DNA of 38,480 bases from Thraustochytrium aureum (taxonomy: Eukaryota). The notes beneath the pieces were generated by a model. It ran no database searches. It was not told the origin of the DNA and saw only the letters and a program-made list of their open reading frames with translations. Of this stretch, positions 1 to 11,100 are shown in pieces. Both the position numbers and the translations under genes were made by a program. The stretch spans positions 1 through 38,480 of the forward strand of contig BLSG01000254.1 of assembly GCA_012862495.1 (NCBI GenBank), written 5' to 3'. The number at the start of each line of letters is the position of its first letter. Position 1 is the stretch's first letter.

Positions 1-766
1 GTTGTTGTTGTTTTTTTCTTGCTTTTTTCTCCAAGTCTTTTTTTTTTTGCGGTCGCCTGCCGGTGGCTTGTCGTTTCCTTTGGCTTTTTCGCTGGGCTTT
101 CGCAGGCCGTGCGAGTCTGCTGTGATTGATTGAACCGGACGCAGCACCCAACACTCTGGACCCCTCATGACCGACTCGGAAGGAGTACTTGCTTACTTAC
201 GCTGTATGGTATGGACTTACGCTGTATGGAGTTGGAGTACCTTCCACCGTGACTCTGGCATGGGCTAAAGTCGACCGCGTTCTTGAGATGGTTCTCGGGG
301 GCAGAGTGGGAGGCAGCGGCTGTGAGGCAAGCTCGAACAGCAATTTCTTCACGCGTGCCCCCGCGGGCTGGAAACCGCGAGAACGAATGAGATAAAACGA
401 AGCTGGATTCGTTTGACGCGCTTCATGGAATACACCGATGTGGCGGAGAGAATGCCTCAAGGACGATTGACGCCGGCGCACGACGTCGCATGAGGGAATA
501 ACAACGCCGATTTTTCCACGAACTCGATGAAGTCCAGGCAAGGTACTCTACCCCACTCCTAGGACTCCTCCACAAAAGGAGAAGGAGCGACGTTGCCTGC
601 GACGGGTAGAGTGCTCTACTCGGCTCGAGTTCGAGCAACTTTTAGTACTCTACTCTACTTACCGGTGAGTAGTATGCGTTCGCTCGCTGAACCTGTCAGA
701 CTCGGGCTGCGCCAAGGAAATGTCTCATTTCCTGCCTGCCTGACACGATCCTCAACGGACAAAAGA

Positions 767-801
767 CGAACTTGTTCACGAACCTGTTCTCGAACCTGTT
801 C
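767..801. repeat. 12-bp tandem repeat (CGAACYTGTTCW x3) running into a gap
   Basis: cgaacttgttca cgaacctgttct cgaacctgttc directly before the Ns at 802. Confidence 0.8.
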
Positions 802-1320
802 NNNNNNNNNNNNNNNNNNNNNNNNNNNNNNNNNNNNNNNNNNNNNNNNNNNNNNNNNNNNNNNNNNNNNNNNNNNNNNNNNNNNNNNNNNNNNNNNNNN
901 NNNNNNNNNNNNNNNNNNNNNNNNNNNNNNNNNNNNNNNNNNNNNNNNNNNNNNNNNNNNNNNNNNNNNNNNNNNNNNNNNNNNNNNNNNNNNNNNNNNN
1001 NNNNNNNNNNNNNNNNNNNNNNNNNNNNNNNNNNNNNNNNNNNNNNNNNNNNNNNNNNNNNNNNNNNNNNNNNNNNNNNNNNNNNNNNNNNNNNNNNNNN
1101 NNNNNNNNNNNNNNNNNNNNNNNNNNNNNNNNNNNNNNNNNNNNNNNNNNNNNNNNNNNNNNNNNNNNNNNNNNNNNNNNNNNNNNNNNNNNNNNNNNNN
1201 NNNNNNNNNNNNNNNNNNNNNNNNNNNNNNNNNNNNNNNNNNNNNNNNNNNNNNNNNNNNNNNNNNNNNNNNNNNNNNNNNNNNNNNNNNNNNNGATCTC
1301 GCCCGCGCACGATCAACGAG

Positions 1321-2490
1321 ATGAGCAACGCGGCGGCCGCAGACGACGCCAAGCGCGGAAAGGGCGGCGTCCTGGCAGCCGTGCCGCAAGACGACGACGC
1401 GGAAGGTGGGTCGGTGACGATTCAGTACGATGACGGCCACAGGAGCATGCAAGCCGTGCGGGCTCGTTCAGTGCTCTTCCGCGCGATCACGCTCCCGCTG
1501 TACGTGCTCGCGCTGCTACTGGTTATCGTCGCGATCCTGATTGTCGTTGTGCCCTGGCTGGTCTGCAAGACGGGCTCGAGCGACCGCGTCCGCAAACAGA
1601 GCAGCAAGACGGCCGAGGCAACCACACTGGGCAGGTACCACAACTGGGTGTGCGGAATCGGCCAGGACAAGTACGCCGGCAGCTTCTTGCCCTGGCACCT
1701 GCGCTTTGCGGTCCGCCTCGCCACGCTCCCCTGGACGTTCGCGCGCTCGCTGTTTGACGCTGGCACCGGAGTGGCCGGAATGATGCTCGGACGCACCAGC
1801 TTCCTGGATGGGGCCATCAGATACGCCGTCAAGGAACAGGGCGCGGAAAACCTCATTCTCTGCGGCGCCGGCTATGACACACGCGCCATTCGGATGGCCC
1901 ACGACCTCAAAGACGTCAAGGTCTTCGAGGTGGACACCGAAGCCACACAAAAGGCCAAGCTCGCCGCACTCAAGCGCGCCAAACTAGCTGTCCCCGACAA
2001 CACGACCTTTTGCGCCATCAACTTTAACGACCAGGACCTTTTCCAAGTGCTCGAACACCACAACTTTGACAAGTCCAAGCGGACGATTGTGATCTGGGAA
2101 GGCGTGGCCATGTACCTCTCGCGCGAGACCGTCGACGCCTTCCTGGCCTCGCTCACCGCCAACCTGGCCCCAGGATCGCTCTTGGGGATGGACTGGTTCT
2201 GGGACTCGCTTGGCAACCCCAAGTGGAAAGGGTACTTCCACGGCCACGACTTTAGCGCCAAACTCGCCACCAACAAGGGCGAGCCGTATTTGTCGGGCCT
2301 CCCAGAGCCGTTCGAGCAAGCCACTGTCGCCGAATACTTTGGGGAGCGGGGCCTAGGCCTCGTCGAGCACCTCAAGTGCAAGTCGCCTGAGGCGACTCAG
2401 CGGTATCTGACAATGTCCAACGGCCAGCGCGTCGGTCGCCTATACGAGGCCGACAACTTCCTCCTCTTGCGCGTCGAACCAGGCGCATAG
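1321..2490 (+). CDS. Class I SAM-dependent methyltransferase, LCM/TIGR00027-like, with N-terminal transmembrane helix
   Basis: Motifs SSKTAEATTLGR, LILCGAGYDTRA, VFEVD...QKAK and VIWEGVAMYL; hydrophobic stretch ITLPLYVLALLLVIVAILIVVVPWLV. ATG 1321 is the first after the gap, so the true start could lie in the gap. TAG at 2488-2490. Confidence 0.88.
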   Translation: MSNAAAADDAKRGKGGVLAAVPQDDDAEGGSVTIQYDDGHRSMQAVRARSVLFRAITLPLYVLALLLVIVAILIVVVPWLVCKTGSSDRVRKQSSKTAEATTLGRYHNWVCGIGQDKYAGSFLPWHLRFAVRLATLPWTFARSLFDAGTGVAGMMLGRTSFLDGAIRYAVKEQGAENLILCGAGYDTRAIRMAHDLKDVKVFEVDTEATQKAKLAALKRAKLAVPDNTTFCAINFNDQDLFQVLEHHNFDKSKRTIVIWEGVAMYLSRETVDAFLASLTANLAPGSLLGMDWFWDSLGNPKWKGYFHGHDFSAKLATNKGEPYLSGLPEPFEQATVAEYFGERGLGLVEHLKCKSPEATQRYLTMSNGQRVGRLYEADNFLLLRVEPGA

Positions 2491-3612
2491 CACGGAAAGA
2501 CGAGCTTAACACGGTGGCGGCATGCCTTTCAGGGCGGAGCTGGCAATGTCCTTTAGCGTCCTCACCGCGTTGCTGGCGGCAACTGGCGCCCCAGAGCCCA
2601 CAAGCAGTGATACTTTGTGGCCAAGGGTGCTATGTATTGCGCCAAAACTCTGCCAAAACGATGCTAGAGCTAGGTTGAGGGGGGCTGGGCAACCTCCTCG
2701 CGGCCCGAAATTGGGCTACTTCGCGTGGATGATGCCATCGGTTGGGCTACTTGAGATTTTCGACAAGAGAGCTCGCAAGTGACGTTCCCAAGTCTACGCT
2801 ACGCTACTCTACAATTGACAATTGACGCGCAGCCTACGCTTCGAGGGCAGCGCCGCCTGGGTTGACCTGAATTCTTACAACAACAAAAAGTACTCTACCC
2901 AACGCTAGAGCAGAGCAATCGAGTACTTTCTCACCCTTTTGGCATCCGGTTGATCCAGTTGGGCTTTCATCGACTGCTGCTTGGCAGCACGCTCCGCCCC
3001 GAAACGGCTAACGATTTGGGCGCGGTGGTGCGTCAATCCTGCTCCCAAACACTCGATAAGACGACGCACTCTGTGCCGACAAGTTTGGTCGCGGAAAGCT
3101 TCCGCTCAAGGCTTGTTGAGCGACTCTTTGTTTGGGCTATTGCAAGTTGCTCCACCGCCGCGGCACCAGAGACTTTGAAAGCCAGCAAGGCGTGCGATTG
3201 CTCCAGTGATTTGTAAGTCGCTCGATCTCCAAGGCAAAGGCAAGCGGCGCAGTTGCCAGGCCCTCAACCGCGCTCGCGCGCGTCCCTAGCGCAAAGGGAG
3301 AAGAAGAAGAAGAAAGAAACCGCACGGCCTCGCCACACGTTGGGCCGTTTGCTATGCTCCCACGAAGGCCATAATCTAAAGTGGGAATCGTGAAACGAAG
3401 TGGGAACAGCGGGCTTGGAGCAGGTTCGCGCTGAGAGACCGACGTGGGCGCGCTCTGGTGGGAAAACGGATTGACCATGCGGAGGTCGACCAAGGCGCGT
3501 TGGTCTGGGACTTCACCAAAGTGTGGTGATACTCTCGAGCTAGCGAGGGAGAGATGACTGGCACGCTCCGCCGACGCAGAGGTCAGCAGCGGTAGGCCAC
3601 ACGTAGCGGCGT

Positions 3613-6600
3613 CTAGACGAACTCTGCCCGTCTTCGCTTGAGGGCCTTGCCCAACGAGAAGGCGGCCGCAATTTGCGCGCGATCGGCCGCGCTTTTGATC
3701 CCGACTAAACGCTCAAGGTCCTCCTCCGCCAGCTCCTTGATCTTGCTCAGACTTGCGTTCTGGTCAAAGTCGAAAAAGGCAGTGAGGCAACGCTCGAGCG
3801 CCATACTCCGCAGGGCCTTTGCAACATCGTTCGCGACACTCCACTTCAAGAGGGCATGTATCGCAAACAAGGTCTTGTCTTGCGGTGAGCTCGCGAAGCG
3901 CTTGAGAGCCCCAGCCGCGTCCGCGCCGGCGTCGAGCAACTCACGAACAACCGCAAGGTGTCCTGTCCAACAAGCGATTAAGAGAGGGGTCCAGCCCTTT
4001 GAACACGTCTTGTCGACCTCCACGCCTCGCTCAAGGAGAAGCCGCACAACACTCACGGAGCCGGACTCAGCCGCCTTGTAAAGGGGTGTGTGGCCGACCG
4101 AGGTACAAGCGTTGCGATTGGCTCCTTTGTCACAGAGCACCGTGGCAATCGCAGTGGCGTCGTTCTGCGCGGCAAAGTGCAACGCCGCGAAGCCGTCCCC
4201 GTCGACCTTGTCCACATTTCCAAAGTGAGACGCCAGGACTTTGACCACGTCGAGGTGCTTGTGCTTGGCAGCAACGTGCAGCGGGTTCAGGCCTTTCGAA
4301 AAAGATTGATCGGTCGCCCCGCGCGCCGCTAGAACTCGGGCGGCCTCTGCGTGACCATTTGCGCTGGCGGCAATCAGAGCCGTGGTTCCATCGTGCTTCT
4401 GCATGTCGGCCTCTGCCCCCTTGTCCAAGAGCAAGGTCAAGATCTCAACATGGCCGTTCTTTGCTGCCTCAATCAAAGCAGTCTGCCCCTCTGCACCTAC
4501 CTGGTTCACCGGCGCGCTTCTCGATAAGAGCAGCTCGACAGCGTCCTTTTGACCATTCGAAGCTGCAACGCACAGCGCAGTTTGACCGTTCGGCCCGACT
4601 GTGCTCGCAGAAACGCCGCTGCTCAGGATCACCTTGAGGATTCCGACGCGCCCATGTTTGGCAGCGACCTGCAGGGCATCAGAGGTATCCGTGGAGCCAG
4701 AATCGTCGTTTTGGACCTGCTCGGCCTGCACGGTGTCCATGCTCTGGCTATCCGAAGCCTTCACGGCAGACGACGCGAGCGGCGCCAGCCCGGCCAGCCC
4801 GATCGAGCTGTCCTCCAAAATAGACTCCAAAACCTCAGCGATCGAGAACCTTCGGCTCGCGCGGGCAGCATTGGCTGCACCCCGGATGCCTGTGGTCATT
4901 CCTTTGCATTCTGCAGTTTTGCGCGCGAGCATCGTAACCACCCTGAGAGTGCAGCACATGGAGGCCAACTCCAGCGCGGTGAGCCCGTCAGCGTCAACGA
5001 GGTCGACGCGAGCCCCTCGCTCGAGGAGGCCTTCGACAACCATGGAGCGTTTAGACTTGGCGGCGGCGTGCAACGCGGTCTGTCCACCCACGGTGGCCTT
5101 GTCAATGTCAGCGCCCAGCTCGAGAAGCGCGAGTATGACCGTCCAGTGGCCCCTCTCGGCGGCGACGTGCAGAGGCGTCAATCCGTTGCGCATGGGCTTG
5201 TTCAGGTCCGCGCCTTTGCTAACCAGGTGCTTGACCATGCTGGCGTTGCCCTGCTGTGCGGCGGAAACAAGGGCGGTCCACCCGCTCGCCAACGGACTGT
5301 CCACCGGAACCCCCTTCGCCAAAACCGCGTCGACGACGCTCACGCTGCCGTTGTGCGCTGCCAGGACGAGGGCCCTCGTGTCCTCCAAGCTGGTGTCTAC
5401 GACTCTTTTCCTAACGGGGACCAACAGCTCGGAGAGGACCTTTGCAACTTGANNNNNNNNNNNNNNNNNNNNNNNNNNNNNNNNNNNNNNNNNNNNNNNN
5501 NNNNNNNNNNNNNNNNNNNNNNNNNNNNNNNNNNNNNNNNNNNNNNNNNNNNNNNNNNNNNNNNNNNNNNNNNNNNNNNNNNNNNNNNNNNNNNNNNNNN
5601 NNNNNNNNNNNNNNNNNNNNNNNNNNNNNNNNNNNNNNNNNNNNNNNNNNNNNNNNNNNNNNNNNNNNNNTGCCCGAGCCGCTTTGCAATGTCGAACGGG
5701 ATCAGCCCGCCGCTGCACGCTTTGTTTGGATCAGCCCCCGACTTGAGCAGCAAGTCGACTATCTCAACTCGACCCACCTTGGCCGCGACGTGGAGTGGGG
5801 TGCGACCTTTTCGCGCGACCTTGTTGATATTTGCGCCAGCCACCAAGAGCGCCTTGACGACCTGCGCCGAGCTGTTCTCGATTGCCATCATTAGAGCGGT
5901 CCATCCGCTGGCGTTCGCCGTGTCAACGTGCGCGCCTCCCGCGAGAAGGGCGCTGACGACATCCAAGTGCCCGCCACGAACAGCCATCATCAGAGCCGTG
6001 CAGCCGCCCGTCGAGGCGGTCTCGCAAGCCGCGCCACCCGACAAGAGCAACTCGACCACCTTCACGAGGCCTTTTCGCGCCGCGATGACAAGGGCGCTTT
6101 CGTTGCTAAGTGAGGAGGTTTTACACAACGCCGCCCCGCTATCAACGAGCAGCTTGACAACCTCAAGCTTGCCGGCCTCACAGGCCACGTGCAAAGCCGT
6201 GTGGCCGTCCGCTCTCGATGCTTCGAGAGCCGCGCCACGGTCAAGCAAAACCTTGGCGATTTCGGCGTACCCATGCGCCGCAGCCACCATTAGCGCCGTC
6301 TGGCCGTCCATGTCGCTCGCGTCCACCGCCGCCTGCCCTTCCACAAAGCTTGGACGGCTTGCAGCATCCCGCTCTCGACGGCAATGTGGAGAGCCGTCGA
6401 GCCATTTGCTGTCGGCTGGTCCAGAGTCACCTCGATTCTGCTCGCAAGGCTCTGGACGCTAGTCCGTTTGCCACGGCGCGAAGTGTGATGCTTCAGCGCG
6501 GCGCCCCTGTAAACGGTTTGGACCACAGAGGGGCTGGCGCCGCGCCCGATCAACTCCCTTATGACGTCTACGTGCCCTCGCTGCGCAGCGACCATGAGGG

Positions 6601-7371
6601 CGGTCCAGCCGATATCGTTCACTTTGTCTACGCTTGCTCCATGAGCCAAAAGCTCTCGCACGGCCGAGCAGTGTCCGGCCCTTGCCGCGATATACAATGC
6701 GCTCGAGCCTTTGTTGGTGCTCTGGTTGACGGCAGCGCCATGGGAGAGTAAAACTTCAAGGATCTCCAGCTGGCAAGCCTTGGCAGCAATCATCAGCGCG
6801 GTCCAACCGTCTGTGGTGCACTCGTTGGCGGCTGCGCCCCTCTCCAAGAGCTCTGCACCCACTCTTGCATGGCCTTCTTGCGCTGCAACCATGAGCGCCG
6901 TCCAGCCTGTGTCACACCTCGCGTTGACATCAGCCCCCTTGGCAACGAGTGCCCGAACAACCTCTACGTGGTTCCCAAGCGCGGCTTTTGCCAGCGCGGT
7001 CCACCCATCGATATCGAGCTGGTCGACCTCGGCGCCGGCCTTTATCTGCTCATGCACGCCCTCCACGTCCCCGCTCAGGCAGGCCTCACTCAGCAACCTC
7101 AGCAGAGTAACCGAGGAGACGGCGCGCCTCGGGCGCTCCCCTGCGTCGGCGCCTGCTCGGCAAGGCGCCCGGCGACGACCTGGCCTTCGCTTTCCGCGCC
7201 GCCCAGGACCTCGGCAGGCCCAGCCACCCCGTCGCCTGCGCTGCGCACCGGCGACCCGCCCTTGCCATCGTGGCCTGCAAGCGCGAGCTCCGCAGCGTGA
7301 GCGGGGCCGTCCTCGGCGTCGGCCTCGAGCGCGGTCCAGGGGCCTGAGCTGGAGCCGCTGGGCTTCGCCAT
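3613..7371 (-). CDS. Ankyrin-repeat protein 1 with C-terminal SAM-like domain (frameshifts near 7130 and 6345; spans one gap)
   Basis: Assembled from ORFs 7099-7485, 6290-7801, 5397-6344 and 3613-5718. Many GxTAL/TPLH..AA..GH...V..LL..GA repeats (roughly 25-30). C-terminus KWSVANDVAKALRSMALERCLTAFF...ELAEEDLERLVGIKSAADRAQI. Start (MAKPSG) is uncertain. Confidence 0.8.
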
Positions 7372-7811
7372 GACGACCTTCTCGTGCCGCCGGAGCCTCG
7401 CCCGCAGCAGCTCCACGCAGCCGCTCGACGCAGCCGCAAGCCGCAAACGACACGGGCCGCGCCTCCCGCGCGAGTCGGCCTGCATACAGCTCTGCTGCGC
7501 GCTGCAGAGCGGGAGGGAAGGAGGGCGGGACGGAGGGGGGACGGTATGTCGTCGATGTCGATGTCAACGTCGATGTCGGCGATGCGGAACGGCCGAGCGC
7601 CTGCCCGCGAGGTCTGGGCTCGGCGTGCGCGAGTCGGCGGGCGGTCTCGCGAGTTGCGGCCGGTCTGCCTGTGACTCGGAGTCGGCGTGCGTCCTCCGCC
7701 TGTGACTGCGTGCTCTTTCGGTTTCGGACGTTCTCTGGGATGCCGCCACAGAGGCGTCGATGTCGGAACAGAGAGACGATGGACGCGCGAACGGCCAACA
7801 ATGGCCAGAGT

Positions 7812-7850
7812 TGGCGCCGATCTAGCCTGGCGCCGATCTAGCCTGGCGCC
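7812..7850. repeat. 16-bp tandem duplication (tggcgccgatctagcc x2.4)
   Basis: Read directly from the sequence. Confidence 0.85.
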
Positions 7851-7908
7851 TGTGAGCCGCGTCTCGCTATTCGATGTGCGCGGGACCTTGCTTGGGCTTT
7901 CGTTGAGT

Positions 7909-7989
7909 GGCTCTTGCGCAAGCTTCAGCTAGGTAGCTTTCGACGAGGGCTCTTGCGCAAGCTTCAGCTAGGTAGCTTTCGACGAGGGC
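7909..7989. repeat. Perfect 39-bp tandem duplication
   Basis: ggctcttgcgcaagcttcagctaggtagctttcgacgag at 7909-7947 and 7948-7986. Confidence 0.9.
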
Positions 7990-8128
7990 CCAGGTTTCCC
8001 GCGGCACGATGCGCGGCAGGCGCTGCGGCCCCGCACTGTGCGGCGCCTCTAGAGAGAGCGAGCTGCGCACGATGCACGGCCCAAGCAAGCAGCATTCTCA
8101 TAAAAAAGGTGGTACTCTTATTTTACAT

Positions 8129-11100
8129 TCACAACATCAGATCGTTCGCCAAGATGTCCTGGCGAGCCTGGTCTGCGCTCAAGCGCTGGCGCTTTTGGCG
8201 CTTTTGGGCAAGCGCAACAGCGAGTGCGGAGCAGTCTGCCGCACTTGCGATGCCAACCCGGTCTCTTAGGTCGCCCTCACTGATGACAAAGCCATCCTCC
8301 AGACCGCCCTCCGTATTTGACAAAAACTCGAAGACGCCGCTCGTGTGCTTTCGCAAATCCAGCCGACCAAGCAAAGCGGCAGCCCTGCTGCGCTTCGCCC
8401 AGTGTACGAAGCAAGAGGCCTCGGACACGCCGTCGACCTCCCAGTTGCTCCGCTTCTTGTGCGACGCTCGCTTGACGTCTGCGCCGCTGTTCACAAGCAT
8501 TTTGACGACCGCGTAGTGTCCTCGCTCGAGAGCAAACATAAGCGCAGTCCAGCCGTTAGGGCCGTGGACATCCAAGCTCGCGCGAGCGGCCACGAGGGTC
8601 TCGACTACGTCGGCATGGCCATGCCAAGCAGCGGCCATGAGCGCAGTCCAGCTTTTGGAGTTGGCCTTGTCGACTTGAGCGCCGCGCTCAACAAGGAGCG
8701 AAACGACCTGAGCGCTTCCAGCCTCTGCGGCTGCCATCAAAGGCGTTACCTCGTGCTCGCTTGCCTCGTCCAGCTGCGCGCCGTGCTCGAGAAGAGCTTT
8801 CACGATGCCGACGTGGCCGTGGCCAGCAGCCAACAGCAACGCAGTCTCGCCTGNNNNNNNNNNNNNNNNNNNNNNNNNNNNNNNNNNNNNNNNNNNNNNN
8901 NNNNNNNNNNNNNNNNNNNNNNNNNNNNNNNNNNNNNNNNNNNNNNNNNNNNNNNNNNNNNNNNNNNNNNNNNNNNNNNNNNNNNNNNNNNNNNNNNNNN
9001 NNNNNNNNNNNNNNNNNNNNNNNNNNNNNNNNNNNNNNNNNNNNNNNNNNNNNNNNNNNNNNNNNNNNNNNNNNNNNNNNNNNNNNNNNNNNNNNNNNNN
9101 NNNNNNNNNNNNNNNNNNNNNNNNNNNNNNNNNNNNNNNNNNCGCCTGCAAGGTTGCTAATGTCGCGTCCGCGCCCGCAGCGAGCAACTGGCCAACCGCC
9201 TCAGCACGGCCGTGATGTACAGCAACCATGAGCGCCGTCCAGCCTTTGCGGCTTGCCTGGTCGACACCGGCGCCAGCATCGAGGAGGAGCCGGATGATGT
9301 CCGAACTACCCGCCTCTGCAGCCGACATGAGCGACGTCCACCCATCTTGGGCGGCAATCGACATGTTGGCGCCCGCTGCGAGCAGAACCTCGACGACGCC
9401 CGCGTGGCCAGCTTGTACAGCGGCCATGAGCGCCGTCACGCCGTCCTGTCCAGCGTCGTCCACGTGCACGTTTTCCCCCAAGAGCCGAACGACGTCCTCC
9501 TTACAGCCACGGGCTGCGGCATCAACGAGCTGGGCTCTGACATCAACGAGCTTGGCGGAATCCTCGTCGCCATCATGCGTGGCTGCCACTGCGGCGTCCT
9601 CCCTGGCAAGCTGTCGGGCCTTTTCAAGCCACCCTGCTGCGCTTGACTCCGTGCGGGCGCCAACGTCCGCCTTATAAGAGTCGAGCCCTTCATCACAGGG
9701 ACGTGAGGTCGCGTCGGCGCCGCAAACGCGCGATTCGAGGGCATTTTCCAAGAGCTGCTCAACTTGAGAGTGGCCCGCCATCCGTGCGGTGCTGAGAGCG
9801 GTCAGCCCTGTCACGGTCTCCACATCAAGACGAGCACCATGCGCGATGAGGCATTTCACGACCTCAGCGTGGCCTTTTCCCGCTGCGATGATGAGCGGCG
9901 TCATGCCTTTGGGATTGCCTTGGTCAATTTGTGCCCCTGCATCGAGCAGCTGCTTGGTAATCGGGACATTACCGCAGGCAGCTGCTAGATACAGCACAGA
10001 GCTGCCTGACTCTGTGACGGCGTGAACGTCCGCGCCAGCTTTGAGCAGTACCTCGACGATCTCGCTGAACCCCCGAGCTGCGGCCACAGAGAGCGGCGTG
10101 TGGCCGTCGATCTTGGCCTTGTTCACGGACGCGCCAGCATCGACGAGGGCTTTGACCACTTCAAGGTGGCCGAGAGAGGCGCTCGTGATGATGCTTGTCC
10201 ACCCGCGCGGTCCGGGACTGTCCAAGTCAGCCCCCGCTTCAATCAGCAACCGCACGATTTGGACCTGGTTCGAACGGCACGCGTTGTGGAGGACCGACAT
10301 CCCCTTGTTATCTGTCGTGTTCGGGTCGGCCCCACTCTTCAACAGAGCAGAGAAAATTCGAGGGCTTCCTCGCGAGCCCGCGAGACTCAGGATCGAGTTG
10401 CCCTTCGCGTTCACCATTGTAGACTGGACACCAGCCTGGAGCAGAAACTCGACGATGTCGCCGTTGCCTAGTCTCACAGCACGGATAAGTCCATGAACAC
10501 CAAGACCACGCATAGCCATGCCAGCGCCACACTGGTACAAGGTCTGGATACTCTTGAGATCCGCACGCGCGACGGCAGCAAGGAAAGTGCGTTTCACAAG
10601 ATCTTGCACGACAAGGCGCGGCACCTGACTCGACGAAATGATGGTTTTGGCGACGAGCTTGTGCCCGTTCCTAGCCGCGATGGAGAGGGCAGATTCCCCT
10701 TGTCTCGTTGTCAGGTCAACTCGAGCGCCAGCTGCAAGTAAGACCCTCGTGACCGCTGCGTGGCCGCGGCTGCTGGCCACCAGCAACGCGGTCCAGCCAT
10801 GGATCTCGGCTTGATTTATGTTGACGCCCGCATTGACAAGGTATCGGACAACCGAGGCACGACCGTGGTGGGCGGCCTCCATGAGAACCGTCCATCCCGA
10901 CTCCTTCGTCCACTCAAGCTGGGCCCCGGCTGCAAGCAGCGCCTGGACGGATTCCGTTTCGCCACCCCCGGCTGCGTCAAAGAGGCGAAAAATGCTCTCG
11001 CCCTGCGCTGTTTCGCAAAGCTCGCGACCGGGTCGAAGAGCACCAGCATCAGCATCAGCAGAGAAAGCCGAACGAGTAGCACCAGCCAAAGGAGCGCCAT

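Noticed and set aside
1..760. ORFs at the window start
   Set aside because: T-rich, low-complexity sequence with short duplications (acttacgctgtatgg x2) and no protein-like signal.
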